From: Deltaproteobacteria bacterium
Lineage (GTDB): Bacteria; Desulfobacterota; Deferrimicrobia; Deferrimicrobiales; Deferrimicrobiaceae
NCBI GenBank assembly: GCA_032125195.1
Contig: JAQBCN010000130.1
Coordinates: forward strand, 1 to 46,208
Direction: 5' to 3'
DNA length: 46,208 bases
Both the position numbers and the translations under genes were made by a program. Every line of letters begins with the position of its first letter. The first letter of the stretch is position 1. Of this stretch, positions 27,999 to 36,276 are shown piece by piece. The notes below the pieces were generated by a model that was not told where the DNA came from, did no database searches, and saw only the letters and a list, made by a program, of their open reading frames with translations.

Positions 27999-28868
27999 TC
28001 ATTTCTCCTTCTTCAGATTCTTCAGGAATGCCCGCAGCCCCGGACCGATTTCCGGGTCCTTCAGCGCGAAGGCGATGTTCGCCATCTGGAATCCGATCTT
28101 CGTTCCCGCGTCGTACCGGACCCCCTGGAACTCGAGCCCGATGATCCGTTCCGTCCCGATCAGGGACCGGATGGCGTCGGTCAGCTGGATCTCGCCTCCC
28201 GCCCCGGGCTTCGTCGCCTGGAGAGCGGGAAAGATCGACGGGGGGAGAATATATCGGCCGATGATCGCCAGGTCCGACGGCGCGTCCGCGGGTTTCGGCT
28301 TCTCCACCATGTCCTCGACATCGTACACCCCGTCCCCGATCCGCTTCCCCCGGATGATTCCGTACTTGGAGACCGCGTCCTTCGGGACGCGCTGGATCGC
28401 GAGGACCGCGCCGGCGCTGTGCTTCTCGTACGCCTCGATCATCTGCTTCAGCACGGGGACCTCCGCGTCGATCACGTCGTCCGAGAGGACGACGGCGAAC
28501 GGCTCCTGGCCGACCAGGTCCATCGAACGAAGCACCGCGTGGCCCAGCCCCAGCGGGAGGTTCTGGCGGACGTAGAAGAAGTCGGCACCGTCGGTGACGC
28601 GGCGGACGGAGGAGAGGAGGGCGCTGTCCCCCTTCTTCATCAGCATGGCCTCCAGCTCGAAGGAGACGTCGAAGTGGTCCTCGATGACGTTCTTTCCGCG
28701 CCCGGTCACGATGATCATGTCCCGCATCCCGGCGGCCTTCGCCTCCTCGACCCCGTGCTGGATCAGGGGCACGTCCACCAGCGGAAGCATCTCCTTGGGA
28801 GAGGCCTTCGTCGCCGGCAGGAACCGCGTCCCGAATCCCGCCGCGGGGAACACCGCTTTCCGTATCAT
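27999..28868 (-). CDS. galU: UTP--glucose-1-phosphate uridylyltransferase
   Basis: C-terminal 289 aa of ORF 27999..29414. MIRKAVFPAAGFGTRFLPATKASPKEMLP signature. ATG at 28868 follows GGAGGAAAAGGG and overlaps the helicase stop (ATGA). Confidence 0.93.
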   Translation of the reverse strand: MIRKAVFPAAGFGTRFLPATKASPKEMLPLVDVPLIQHGVEEAKAAGMRDMIIVTGRGKNVIEDHFDVSFELEAMLMKKGDSALLSSVRRVTDGADFFYVRQNLPLGLGHAVLRSMDLVGQEPFAVVLSDDVIDAEVPVLKQMIEAYEKHSAGAVLAIQRVPKDAVSKYGIIRGKRIGDGVYDVEDMVEKPKPADAPSDLAIIGRYILPPSIFPALQATKPGAGGEIQLTDAIRSLIGTERIIGLEFQGVRYDAGTKIGFQMANIAFALKDPEIGPGLRAFLKNLKKEK

Positions 28869-30862
28869 CCCTTTTCCTCCTTTTTCTTCTCTCCGTGGAA
28901 CCGGCGGAAGAACGCCGCCACCTCGGCCCGATCGGTAGTCCACCGCGCCGGGGGGAGGTTCGTCCGGAAGAGCTCGCCGTACCCCCGGGTCGAAACCCTG
29001 CGGTCGAGCAGGGCCACCACCCCGTAATCGTCCCCGCGGCGGAGAAGCCTCCCGACGCCCTGCCGGAGCGCAAGGACCGCCTCGGGGAGCTGGTACTCCA
29101 TGAACGGGTCCGCTCCCCGGTCGCGCAGGACCCGGATGCGGGCCGAGGTCACGGGGTCGGACGGGGAGGCGAACGGCAGCTTGTCGATGACGACGCACCG
29201 CAGGGAGGCTCCGGGAACATCGACCCCCTCCCAGAACGTCCCCGTCCCGATCAGCACCGTGTCCTCGCCCTCCCGGAACGCCCGCAGGAGGTGCCCCCGG
29301 GGGGCGTCCCCCTGGACGTACAAGGTGTGCGGCAGCGTCCCCCGCAGCGCCTCCGTCAGCGCCGAGAGCGTCCGGTAGCTCGTGCACAGGACCAGCGCGC
29401 CGCCGCCGGAGCACGACAGGATCTCCCGCGTCTCCGCCGCCGCCGCCGCCGGAAACGCGGAGTCCGACGGGCCGGGAAGCCCCTTCGGGACGTAAAAGAG
29501 CGCCCGCTCCGCGAAGTCGAACTCATTATCCACGATGAGTTCCCGCGCATCAACCCGCGCGAGCCCGACCCGCTCGCGGAAATACGACAGGTCGCCCGAT
29601 ACGGAGAGGGTCGCCGAGGTGAGCAGGAACGGAATCGGCTCCCCCCAGAGGGCTGCGGAAAGGACCGGAGAGACCTCGACCGGAGTCCGGTGCAGGGAGA
29701 CGGACGCGCCGCGCCGCTCCGCCCACGCCACGGCGGAGGCGGAGTCGGAGGAGAGGACCGAGTCGAGATCGTCGAGGAAGGAGCGGACCCGCCGGAGAAG
29801 GGGGTCCCGGTCCGTCCCCGGACTCGTGCCCGCCGCGTCGGAGCCCCTCTCCCCGTTGGGGACGCCGTCCGAGAGCGACAGGGCGAGCTCCTCCCCCGCG
29901 CGGAGCAGGGCCGACGCCTTCTGCCCGAACGGGGTACCGGCGGAGGGGGCGGGCAGCGCGAAACGGGCTTCCCCGTCCCCCACCGCGTCGAACGCCGATT
30001 CGGCGACGAGGCGGAACCGCTCGGCCATCGGCGGGAGGGCGTCCCACCCGCAGCCCGCCTTCGCGGCGGAACGCTTCACGTCCCGCGCGAGCTCCCGGGC
30101 GCGACCGAGGGAGACGGTCACGCCGAAGAAGACGGAGGCGGTCTCCTCGATTCCGTGCGCCTCGTCGAACACCACGGCGTCGGCGCGGGGAAGCACCTCC
30201 CCGAACCGCCCTTCCTCGCCCCCGCGCCCGGGGCCGAGCCGCTCGCGCAGCGCGAGGTCCGCGAAGAACAGGTGGTGGTTCACCACGACGAGATCGGCGT
30301 CCGCCGCCCGCCGCCGGGCCGCCGCGAGATGGCACCGTTCGGTCTCGCCGCACGTCGACGCGTCGCACATCTCGCTGCGGGCGTTCACCTCTCCCCAGGC
30401 GCGCGCGTCCTCGGGCACCCCTGCGCACTCGGAGACGTCCCCCGTCCGGGTCATCTCCGCGAACGCCTGCATCGCGGAGAAGTAGCCGGCCTCCCGGGCG
30501 AACTCGAAGAGCGGCTCGGCGCGGAACCGCTTCCAGCGGCGCAGGCAGAGGTAGTTGCCGCGGCCTTTGAGAACGGCGCACGAAAAGGGGTACTGGAGGA
30601 TGTCCCGCACCAGGGGGATGTCGTTTTCCATCAACTGCTGCTGGAGGGTGCGCGTGCCGGTGGAAACGATCGTCTTCCGGCCGGAGAGGATCGCGGGGAC
30701 GAGATAGGCCAGCGTCTTGCCGATCCCGGTGGCCGCCTCGGTGACCAGCACGCGGGGCGTCTCAAGCGCTTCCGCCCACGCGAGCGCCATCCGGAGCTGT
30801 CCCGGGCGCGACTCGAACCCCGGCATCGCCGTCGCGATCGGACCGCCGGGGGAAAGCGACAT
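28865..30862 (-). CDS. DinG/XPD-like ATP-dependent DNA helicase (Fe-S, Rad3-related)
   Basis: C-terminal 665 aa of ORF 28865..31849. RPGQLRMA, Walker A EAATGIGKTLAYL, DEAH box (VFDEAHGIEE), a four-Cys cluster region (C..C..C..C between motifs I and II) and helicase C-terminal motifs. No N-terminal exonuclease domain. Confidence 0.85.
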   Translation of the reverse strand: MSLSPGGPIATAMPGFESRPGQLRMALAWAEALETPRVLVTEAATGIGKTLAYLVPAILSGRKTIVSTGTRTLQQQLMENDIPLVRDILQYPFSCAVLKGRGNYLCLRRWKRFRAEPLFEFAREAGYFSAMQAFAEMTRTGDVSECAGVPEDARAWGEVNARSEMCDASTCGETERCHLAAARRRAADADLVVVNHHLFFADLALRERLGPGRGGEEGRFGEVLPRADAVVFDEAHGIEETASVFFGVTVSLGRARELARDVKRSAAKAGCGWDALPPMAERFRLVAESAFDAVGDGEARFALPAPSAGTPFGQKASALLRAGEELALSLSDGVPNGERGSDAAGTSPGTDRDPLLRRVRSFLDDLDSVLSSDSASAVAWAERRGASVSLHRTPVEVSPVLSAALWGEPIPFLLTSATLSVSGDLSYFRERVGLARVDARELIVDNEFDFAERALFYVPKGLPGPSDSAFPAAAAAETREILSCSGGGALVLCTSYRTLSALTEALRGTLPHTLYVQGDAPRGHLLRAFREGEDTVLIGTGTFWEGVDVPGASLRCVVIDKLPFASPSDPVTSARIRVLRDRGADPFMEYQLPEAVLALRQGVGRLLRRGDDYGVVALLDRRVSTRGYGELFRTNLPPARWTTDRAEVAAFFRRFHGEKKKEEKG

Positions 30863-30891
30863 CCCGACTTTTCGGGCGAGATCTCCGGGCA

Positions 30892-32895
30892 CTAAGGCGT
30901 CGGGACGGGGACGAAGTTCCCCAGCTCGACCTGCAGGAGGGAGACTTTCCGGCGCAGATCCCCCGCCGGGGTGAACTGGAACGTTCCCGTCACGCCGGTG
31001 AAATTTTTCAGCCGGGGGATCCTCTCGCGCATCGCCTCCCCGAGAGGGAGTCCGGAACCGTCCTCGAACGCAAGCGCCTCGGAGAAAAACAGGGCGCCGT
31101 CGTACCCCATCGCTTCGAACCGGGAGGGGGGAACACGCATCATCTCCTGGAACGCCTTCCGGAACCGGTCGCCCTGAGGCCCCGGGATCACCTCGGAGTA
31201 GTCCACCGGGAAGACCGCACCGGAAACGGACCCGACCGCCCTTCGGAGCAGTTCGGGGTCGTTCCATCCGGAGAACCCGGCCAGCGGGAGATAGACGTTG
31301 TAATAGCGCAACTGCGACGCGAGGAGGAAGACCCGGTCCCACCGGTCGGCGATGATGATCCCGCCCTGCGGAAGCCTCATCGCCTTCCCCTTTTCCTTCG
31401 ACCGCGACTCGCGCTGGAAGGTCGCGTTGCCGACCGCCCTCCGGATCACCTCCGTGAAGTCCTGGGTCTCCGGGGAGTACGAGACGGTCTTGGCGATCCG
31501 GATCCCCGCCACCGGGGCCGCCGCGGCGGCCGCGGCGGCGAAGCCATCCCCGTACCCGTTCTCCGGGTGGAACAGGAGAAGGTCGGAAACCCCCGCCCGC
31601 GACAGATATGCGAGAAGAGCCTGCGCCTCCTGCGCCGGGGAGAGTCCGAAACCGTAGAGGAACGGCTTTTCGAAGATCGGCTTCTGGCCGAGGTACAGCG
31701 TAGGCGGCGATTTCTGCGTGAAGGCGGCGCCGACCGACCGACCCTCCTCTCCCGTGATCGGCCCGAGAACGCCGAGCACCATCCGGTCGGCCGCGGCGGC
31801 AACGAACTCCTTCCGCGCCCTCTCGGGCTGCCCCGCCGTGTCGACCCACCGGATGACCGGAGTCGCGCTGTGCGGGTCGGGCCCTTGGAGCGTGCCGAGG
31901 GCGACTTCGGCCCCGGTGAGGACCGCGTACCCGATGTCGGAGAGCTTGCCCGAGAGGGGGACGAGACCGATGATCCTGGGCCGGGCGGCGATGATCCTCT
32001 CCGCCCGGAACAGGCGCTCCGCGGCCTCACTGGATCTTTTCCCCCCTGCACCAGCCGATCGCTCGAACGCGTGAGCCGCCATCCCGAGGAACCCCTTCCG
32101 GATCGCCTCGTTCCCTATCGCGAAATACAGGGGCCCGCGGACCTCCGGATCTTCCTCCACCTCGGCCGCCCCCCGGAGCACGGGGATGTCCGTCGCTCCG
32201 TCGATCAGCAATTCCCGTTCGGTCGCCAGCCGCCGGGAAACCTCGGGATCCGGGGCGGCGGCGATGGCGCGGCGGTAGAGCGCAAGCGCGCTGGCCAGCT
32301 TCCCCGCCCCGGCGTCCACCCGCGCCATCAGGGCCAGGAACGCGGGGGGGTTCGCGTCCACGAACTTCCTGTCGAGAAGGTACGCCGCCATCTGCCGCGC
32401 CTCGCCGTTCCACTTCATCCGCTGGTAGATCCGCAGCTTGAGGTCTGCGGCCGAGAGGGAGAGGAACGGAGCGCGGGAGAGGAGCACCGCCTTGTCCGCC
32501 GCCTCCAGCGCCTTGTCGAGCTCCCCGCGGACCAGCAGCAGTTCCCCGACGCGCCACCAGATGAACCCTTTCCGCTCGTCATCCGCGGCGAAATATGCCA
32601 GGTCGAGGAACCGTGAGAGGGCCTCGTCGGTCTTCCCCGCGGCGTATTCGCTTTCGGCCTGAAGAAAGGGGACGATCGGCGCCGTCCGCGAGGACTCGCG
32701 GGGCCCCGGGCGGAGAACGGGGACCGCGTCGACCGCGCCTGCCAGCGGCAGGGGAGCCTCGGCGGCCGCGGCGGGAACCGGAAGGACGAAGAGCAGGGAG
32801 GCGAAAAGGCAGGCGAGGAGAGTAAAGCGAACCGGCGCCCCACTCCCGTACGAAGTGCGCTCCCTGGGGTACCCCCGGCTCGGCATGAGGTGCAT
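30892..32895 (-). CDS. secreted TPR-like + type-1 periplasmic-binding-fold (LivK/Peripla_BP_6-like) protein with LpoA-like architecture
   Basis: Signal peptide (FTLLACLFASLLFVLPVPAAAA/EAP), helical TPR-like N-terminal half, and a C-terminal half with PBP1 features (IIGLVPLSGKLSDIGYAVLTGAEVAL...). Start uncertain: ATG at 32895, 32886 or 32934. The ORF stays open to 32976, overlapping dnaJ. Confidence 0.7.
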   Translation of the reverse strand: MHLMPSRGYPRERTSYGSGAPVRFTLLACLFASLLFVLPVPAAAAEAPLPLAGAVDAVPVLRPGPRESSRTAPIVPFLQAESEYAAGKTDEALSRFLDLAYFAADDERKGFIWWRVGELLLVRGELDKALEAADKAVLLSRAPFLSLSAADLKLRIYQRMKWNGEARQMAAYLLDRKFVDANPPAFLALMARVDAGAGKLASALALYRRAIAAAPDPEVSRRLATERELLIDGATDIPVLRGAAEVEEDPEVRGPLYFAIGNEAIRKGFLGMAAHAFERSAGAGGKRSSEAAERLFRAERIIAARPRIIGLVPLSGKLSDIGYAVLTGAEVALGTLQGPDPHSATPVIRWVDTAGQPERARKEFVAAAADRMVLGVLGPITGEEGRSVGAAFTQKSPPTLYLGQKPIFEKPFLYGFGLSPAQEAQALLAYLSRAGVSDLLLFHPENGYGDGFAAAAAAAAPVAGIRIAKTVSYSPETQDFTEVIRRAVGNATFQRESRSKEKGKAMRLPQGGIIIADRWDRVFLLASQLRYYNVYLPLAGFSGWNDPELLRRAVGSVSGAVFPVDYSEVIPGPQGDRFRKAFQEMMRVPPSRFEAMGYDGALFFSEALAFEDGSGLPLGEAMRERIPRLKNFTGVTGTFQFTPAGDLRRKVSLLQVELGNFVPVPTP

Positions 32896-32972
32896 GACGA
32901 AGCTGTAGCGGATGCGCTCGAACGCAAGGGTCATTGCGAGACGCTGCACCGGAATCCGACGGGGGCAAATGC

Positions 32973-34082
32973 TCACCCGAAGATCTCCTTCACCTTCTCG
33001 AAGAAACTCTGGGAGATGGGACCGGGGGACTCCTCGGAGAGTTCCTGGTACTCCGCGAGGATCTCTTTCTGCCGCTTCGTGAGTTTCTTCGGCACCTCGA
33101 TCTGCACGCGGATCACGAGGTTCCCCCGCCGGCCGGAGTTGAGCGCGGCCACCCCCTCCCCCCGCATCACGAAGTCGTGGCCGGACGGCGTTCCGGGGGG
33201 GATGGAGAGATTTTTCTTCCCGGAAAGGGTGGGCACCTCGATCGTCGCGCCCAGTGCCGCCTGCGGAAAGGTGATCGGCACCTCGCAGAAAAGGGCGGCC
33301 CCATCCCGGAGGAAGAACGGGTGATCCTTCACGGTGAGCACCACGTACAGGTCACCGGCGGACCCGCCCGCGGGGCCGGCCTCCCCCTCGCCGCGCAGCT
33401 TCAGGCGTGTGCCGCTCTCTACCCCGGGGGGGATCTTCACCTTGAGCGTGCGGTTTTCCCGGACGTGTCCGGTGCCGGCGCAGCTTCCGCACGGGTCCTT
33501 GACGATTTGGCCCGTCCCCCCGCAGCGGCCGCAGGTGCGGCGGATCGCGAAGAATCCCTGCTGCATCGTGACCTGGCCCTGCCCGTTGCAGGCCCCGCAC
33601 CGCTCCGGCCGGGTACCCTTCCGCGCGCCCGATCCCGAGCAGTCGCGGCAGATCCCCGTCCGGGGGACGACGATCTCCTTCTCGCCGCCGAAGACCGCCT
33701 CCTCGAAGGCGACCGTCAGGTTGTACCGGAGATCCGCGCCGCGGCGGGAGCGGCCGCCCCCCACGCCTCCCCCGAAGATCCCGCCGAAGAAACCGTTGAT
33801 GATGTCCTCGACGCCGAACCCCGAAAAATCGCCGGATCCGCCGAACCCCTGCCCCGCGGGCCCCGCGTGCCCGAAGCGGTCGTACTGCTCCCGCTTCTCA
33901 GGGTCGGAGAGGACCGAGTACGCCTCATTGATCTCCTTGAACCGGTCCTCCGCGGACTTGTCGCCGGGGTTCCGGTCGGGGTGGTACTGAAGGGCCAGCT
34001 GACGGAACGCCTTCTTGAGGTCGTCGGGGGTACTCTCCCGGGAAACGCCGAGGACCTCGTAATAGTCGTGCCGGGTCGCCAC
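32973..34082 (-). CDS. dnaJ: molecular chaperone DnaJ
   Basis: 369 aa. J domain with HPDRNP, a G/F-rich linker and four CxxCxGxG zinc-finger repeats. The GTG start directly abuts the grpE TAA. Confidence 0.97.
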   Translation of the reverse strand: MATRHDYYEVLGVSRESTPDDLKKAFRQLALQYHPDRNPGDKSAEDRFKEINEAYSVLSDPEKREQYDRFGHAGPAGQGFGGSGDFSGFGVEDIINGFFGGIFGGGVGGGRSRRGADLRYNLTVAFEEAVFGGEKEIVVPRTGICRDCSGSGARKGTRPERCGACNGQGQVTMQQGFFAIRRTCGRCGGTGQIVKDPCGSCAGTGHVRENRTLKVKIPPGVESGTRLKLRGEGEAGPAGGSAGDLYVVLTVKDHPFFLRDGAALFCEVPITFPQAALGATIEVPTLSGKKNLSIPPGTPSGHDFVMRGEGVAALNSGRRGNLVIRVQIEVPKKLTKRQKEILAEYQELSEESPGPISQSFFEKVKEIFG

Positions 34083-34658
34083 TTACGACACCGATCCGGA
34101 GGGAGCATCCCCGCCGCCGTCCTCGGGAGGGGCGACGGCGACCGTAACCTGGGCGGGACGCAGCAGGCGCCCGTGGAGAAGGTACCCCTTGCGCGCCTCG
34201 GCGAGGATCGTACCACCGGGTATCTCCGAAGAGGGGACGCTCGCGATCGCCTCGTGCAGCGACGGGTCGAACGTCCCGCCTTGCGCGGGAAGCTGCTCGA
34301 GGCCGAATTTGCGCAATTCCGAGAGAAACAGGTCGTACGTCATCCGGACGCCGGAGAGAAGGGAGTCGGCGGAAGCCACCGCCTGGCCCATCGCCCGCTC
34401 GAGGTTGTCGAGGAACGGCAGGACGGCAAGCAGCAGCCGCTCGTTCCCGAAGGCGGCCAGCGCCTCCCGCTCCCGCGCGACGCGCTTCCGGAAATTCTCG
34501 AACTCCGCGGCAAGATACGCCAGCTGTTCCTTCAGTTTCGCCGCTTCGTCCGTCTCTCCCGCTTCCCCTTCGCTCGCGGGCCCGGTTTCGACCTCCCGGT
34601 CCGTCGGACCCTCCTCCACGGATTCCATCGGCTGCAAATCATTCTCCCTGTCTTCCAT
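34083..34658 (-). CDS. grpE: nucleotide exchange factor GrpE
   Basis: C-terminal 191 aa of ORF 34083..35273. LAAEFENFRKRVARE...LPFLDNLERA...GTFDPSLHEA...GYLLHGRLLRPAQV. ATG at 34658 follows GAGAGGAAAGGG. Confidence 0.93.
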   Translation of the reverse strand: MEDRENDLQPMESVEEGPTDREVETGPASEGEAGETDEAAKLKEQLAYLAAEFENFRKRVAREREALAAFGNERLLLAVLPFLDNLERAMGQAVASADSLLSGVRMTYDLFLSELRKFGLEQLPAQGGTFDPSLHEAIASVPSSEIPGGTILAEARKGYLLHGRLLRPAQVTVAVAPPEDGGGDAPSGSVS

Positions 34659-34711
34659 CCCTTTCCTCTCCTGGTGAAATCGGCATGGGAAATCCGGGCG
34701 GACGTATGAAG

Positions 34712-35749
34712 CTAGCGATCCTCGAACATCGTGGTGAGCAGGCTCGCGGCGTACTCGACCAGCGGGATCACCCGCGAGTAATCCATCCGGACGGGTCCGA
34801 TGAGACCGATGCCCCCTACGGAGGAAGCGCCCTGCCGGTACCCGGAGGCGACCACCGAGATGTCCGAAAGCTCTTCCACCGAATTCTCGAGCCCGACGAA
34901 TACCTGGATCGCCCGGCTCTCCATCGCCCGGTCGAGCAGGCGGAAGATCACGCTCTTCTCCTCGAAGGCGCGCAGAATCCGCTTCAGGCGGTGGACGTCC
35001 TCGGCGAACTCGGGCTGCTCGAGGATGTTGGCGCGTCCCTCGATGAAGACCTCGCCCGGGGCGGCGTCCGTAAGAGCCCGGGCGCTCATCGCGAGGGCGC
35101 GCCCCATCACGCGATCGTACCGGGCCTTCTCCTTGCCAAGCTCGTCGAGGATCCGGGCGCGCAGCTGCGGCAGCGTGCGCCCCTCCGCCAGCTCGTTCAG
35201 GTACGCGCTGATCTTCTCGAGATCGTCGCCGGTGAGATCCGGCTCGCCTTCGATCAGGCGGTGCTGAACCCATCCTCCGCGCAACACGGTGACCAGAAGG
35301 ATCCTCTCCACTCCCGCGCGCATGAGGCGCACGGAGCTTAGGACCTGCTGTTCCGGCGAGGAAACCACGACGACGCTCGCCTGGCGGGCCAGGTTCGACA
35401 ACAGGCGGCTGACCTGCCGCACCAGCTCGTCCGCCGGGCCGTTCCCTTCGCCCGCCGCGCGGTGCAGCTGGTCCATCTCGCCCCGGGCGAGGGATTGCCG
35501 CGCCAGGAGGTGGTCGATGTAGTACCGGAACCCCGCACCCGTGGGGACGCGCCCCGCGGAGGTGTGCGGCTGGGCGAGGAACCCTGCTTCCTCGAGGTCC
35601 GCCATGATGTTGCGGATCGTGGCGGGCGAGAGGGCCTGCCCCATCTTCTTGGAGATGGTTCTTGATCCGACCGGCTCCGCCGTGGCGATGTAATCCTCGA
35701 CGATGTGGCGCAGGACCCGGGTCGTGCGATCGTCCATCCCGGAAGCCAT
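34712..35749 (-). CDS. hrcA: heat-inducible transcription repressor HrcA
   Basis: 345 aa. Winged-helix N-terminus (RVLRHIVEDYIATAEPVGSRTISKK...SPATIRNIMADLEEAGFL.QPHTSAGRVPT) and a GAF-like C-terminal region. A CIRCE operator lies immediately upstream. Confidence 0.95.
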   Translation of the reverse strand: MASGMDDRTTRVLRHIVEDYIATAEPVGSRTISKKMGQALSPATIRNIMADLEEAGFLAQPHTSAGRVPTGAGFRYYIDHLLARQSLARGEMDQLHRAAGEGNGPADELVRQVSRLLSNLARQASVVVVSSPEQQVLSSVRLMRAGVERILLVTVLRGGWVQHRLIEGEPDLTGDDLEKISAYLNELAEGRTLPQLRARILDELGKEKARYDRVMGRALAMSARALTDAAPGEVFIEGRANILEQPEFAEDVHRLKRILRAFEEKSVIFRLLDRAMESRAIQVFVGLENSVEELSDISVVASGYRQGASSVGGIGLIGPVRMDYSRVIPLVEYAASLLTTMFEDR

Positions 35750-35770
35750 TTCACCTTCTCCGCGAACGAG

Positions 35771-35797
35771 TTAGCACTCCTGTGCTTAGAGTGCTAA
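35771..35797 (-). promoter_or_regulatory. CIRCE operator (HrcA binding site)
   Basis: Perfect match to the consensus TTAGCACTC-N9-GAGTGCTAA (ttagcactc ctgtgctta gagtgctaa), 21 nt upstream of the hrcA ATG. Confidence 0.95.
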
Positions 35798-35802
35798 GCC
35801 AC

Positions 35803-35832
35803 AATGTAGCAGCCGCCGGCCGGTGGTGTCAA
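35803..35832 (-). promoter_or_regulatory. putative sigma70-type promoter of the hrcA operon
   Basis: The minus strand reads TTGACA-N18-TACATT, ending 5 nt before CIRCE. The -35 box overlaps the stop codon of the upstream DUF192 gene. Confidence 0.55.
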
Positions 35833-36209
35833 GCCGGTCCGCCCCCTTCGAATTCCAGCAGGTCCCCGGGCACGGTACCGGTGGCGGCGAGAATCCCCGA
35901 GCGCAGCTCCAGCGCCCCCCGGGCCCCCCGAATGAGACGGCCGACCCGGTTCGGGGGAAGCCCCGTAAGGATCCCGATCACGACCCCCCGCGCATCGAGG
36001 AACGCCACGTCGATCGGGTACCGCATCCCCAAGGTGTGCACGCCCCTGCAGGGGACGATCCACAACCCCTCGCCCTCCGCGATCGCGGCCGTTCCGAGCA
36101 ACCCCACGAAGCGCGACAGGAGGGAGCTCGCCGTCCGCACCTTGTCCGCCAGGAGGATTTCCCGCGTCCGGTTGACGACGCGCACGGCATCTTCTCTCCC
36201 GCGGACCAT
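35829..36209 (-). CDS. DUF192 domain protein
   Basis: 126 aa. GLLG...GLWIVPCRGVHTLGMRYPIDVAFLD...ELRSG resembles the DUF192 (COG1430) family. Assignment is from memory. Confidence 0.65.
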   Translation of the reverse strand: MVRGREDAVRVVNRTREILLADKVRTASSLLSRFVGLLGTAAIAEGEGLWIVPCRGVHTLGMRYPIDVAFLDARGVVIGILTGLPPNRVGRLIRGARGALELRSGILAATGTVPGDLLEFEGGGPA

Positions 36210-36276
36210 CGGACAAGGATACCAGACCCGGTGCCGCGTCTCGCAAATACCCTGGCACTTGTGCGAGGATCAAAAA

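Noticed and set aside
28865-30862. DinG-like helicase as part of a defence or novel system
   Set aside because: It has canonical XPD/DinG Fe-S helicase motifs. It sits between housekeeping genes with no nuclease, methylase or other accessory partner, which is most consistent with a chromosomal repair helicase.
36253-36268. TGGCAC motif suggesting a sigma54 promoter upstream of the ATP-grasp gene
   Set aside because: The downstream GC dinucleotide is only 7 nt from the GG, not 10, and no TTGC element is present. The -24/-12 geometry is not satisfied.
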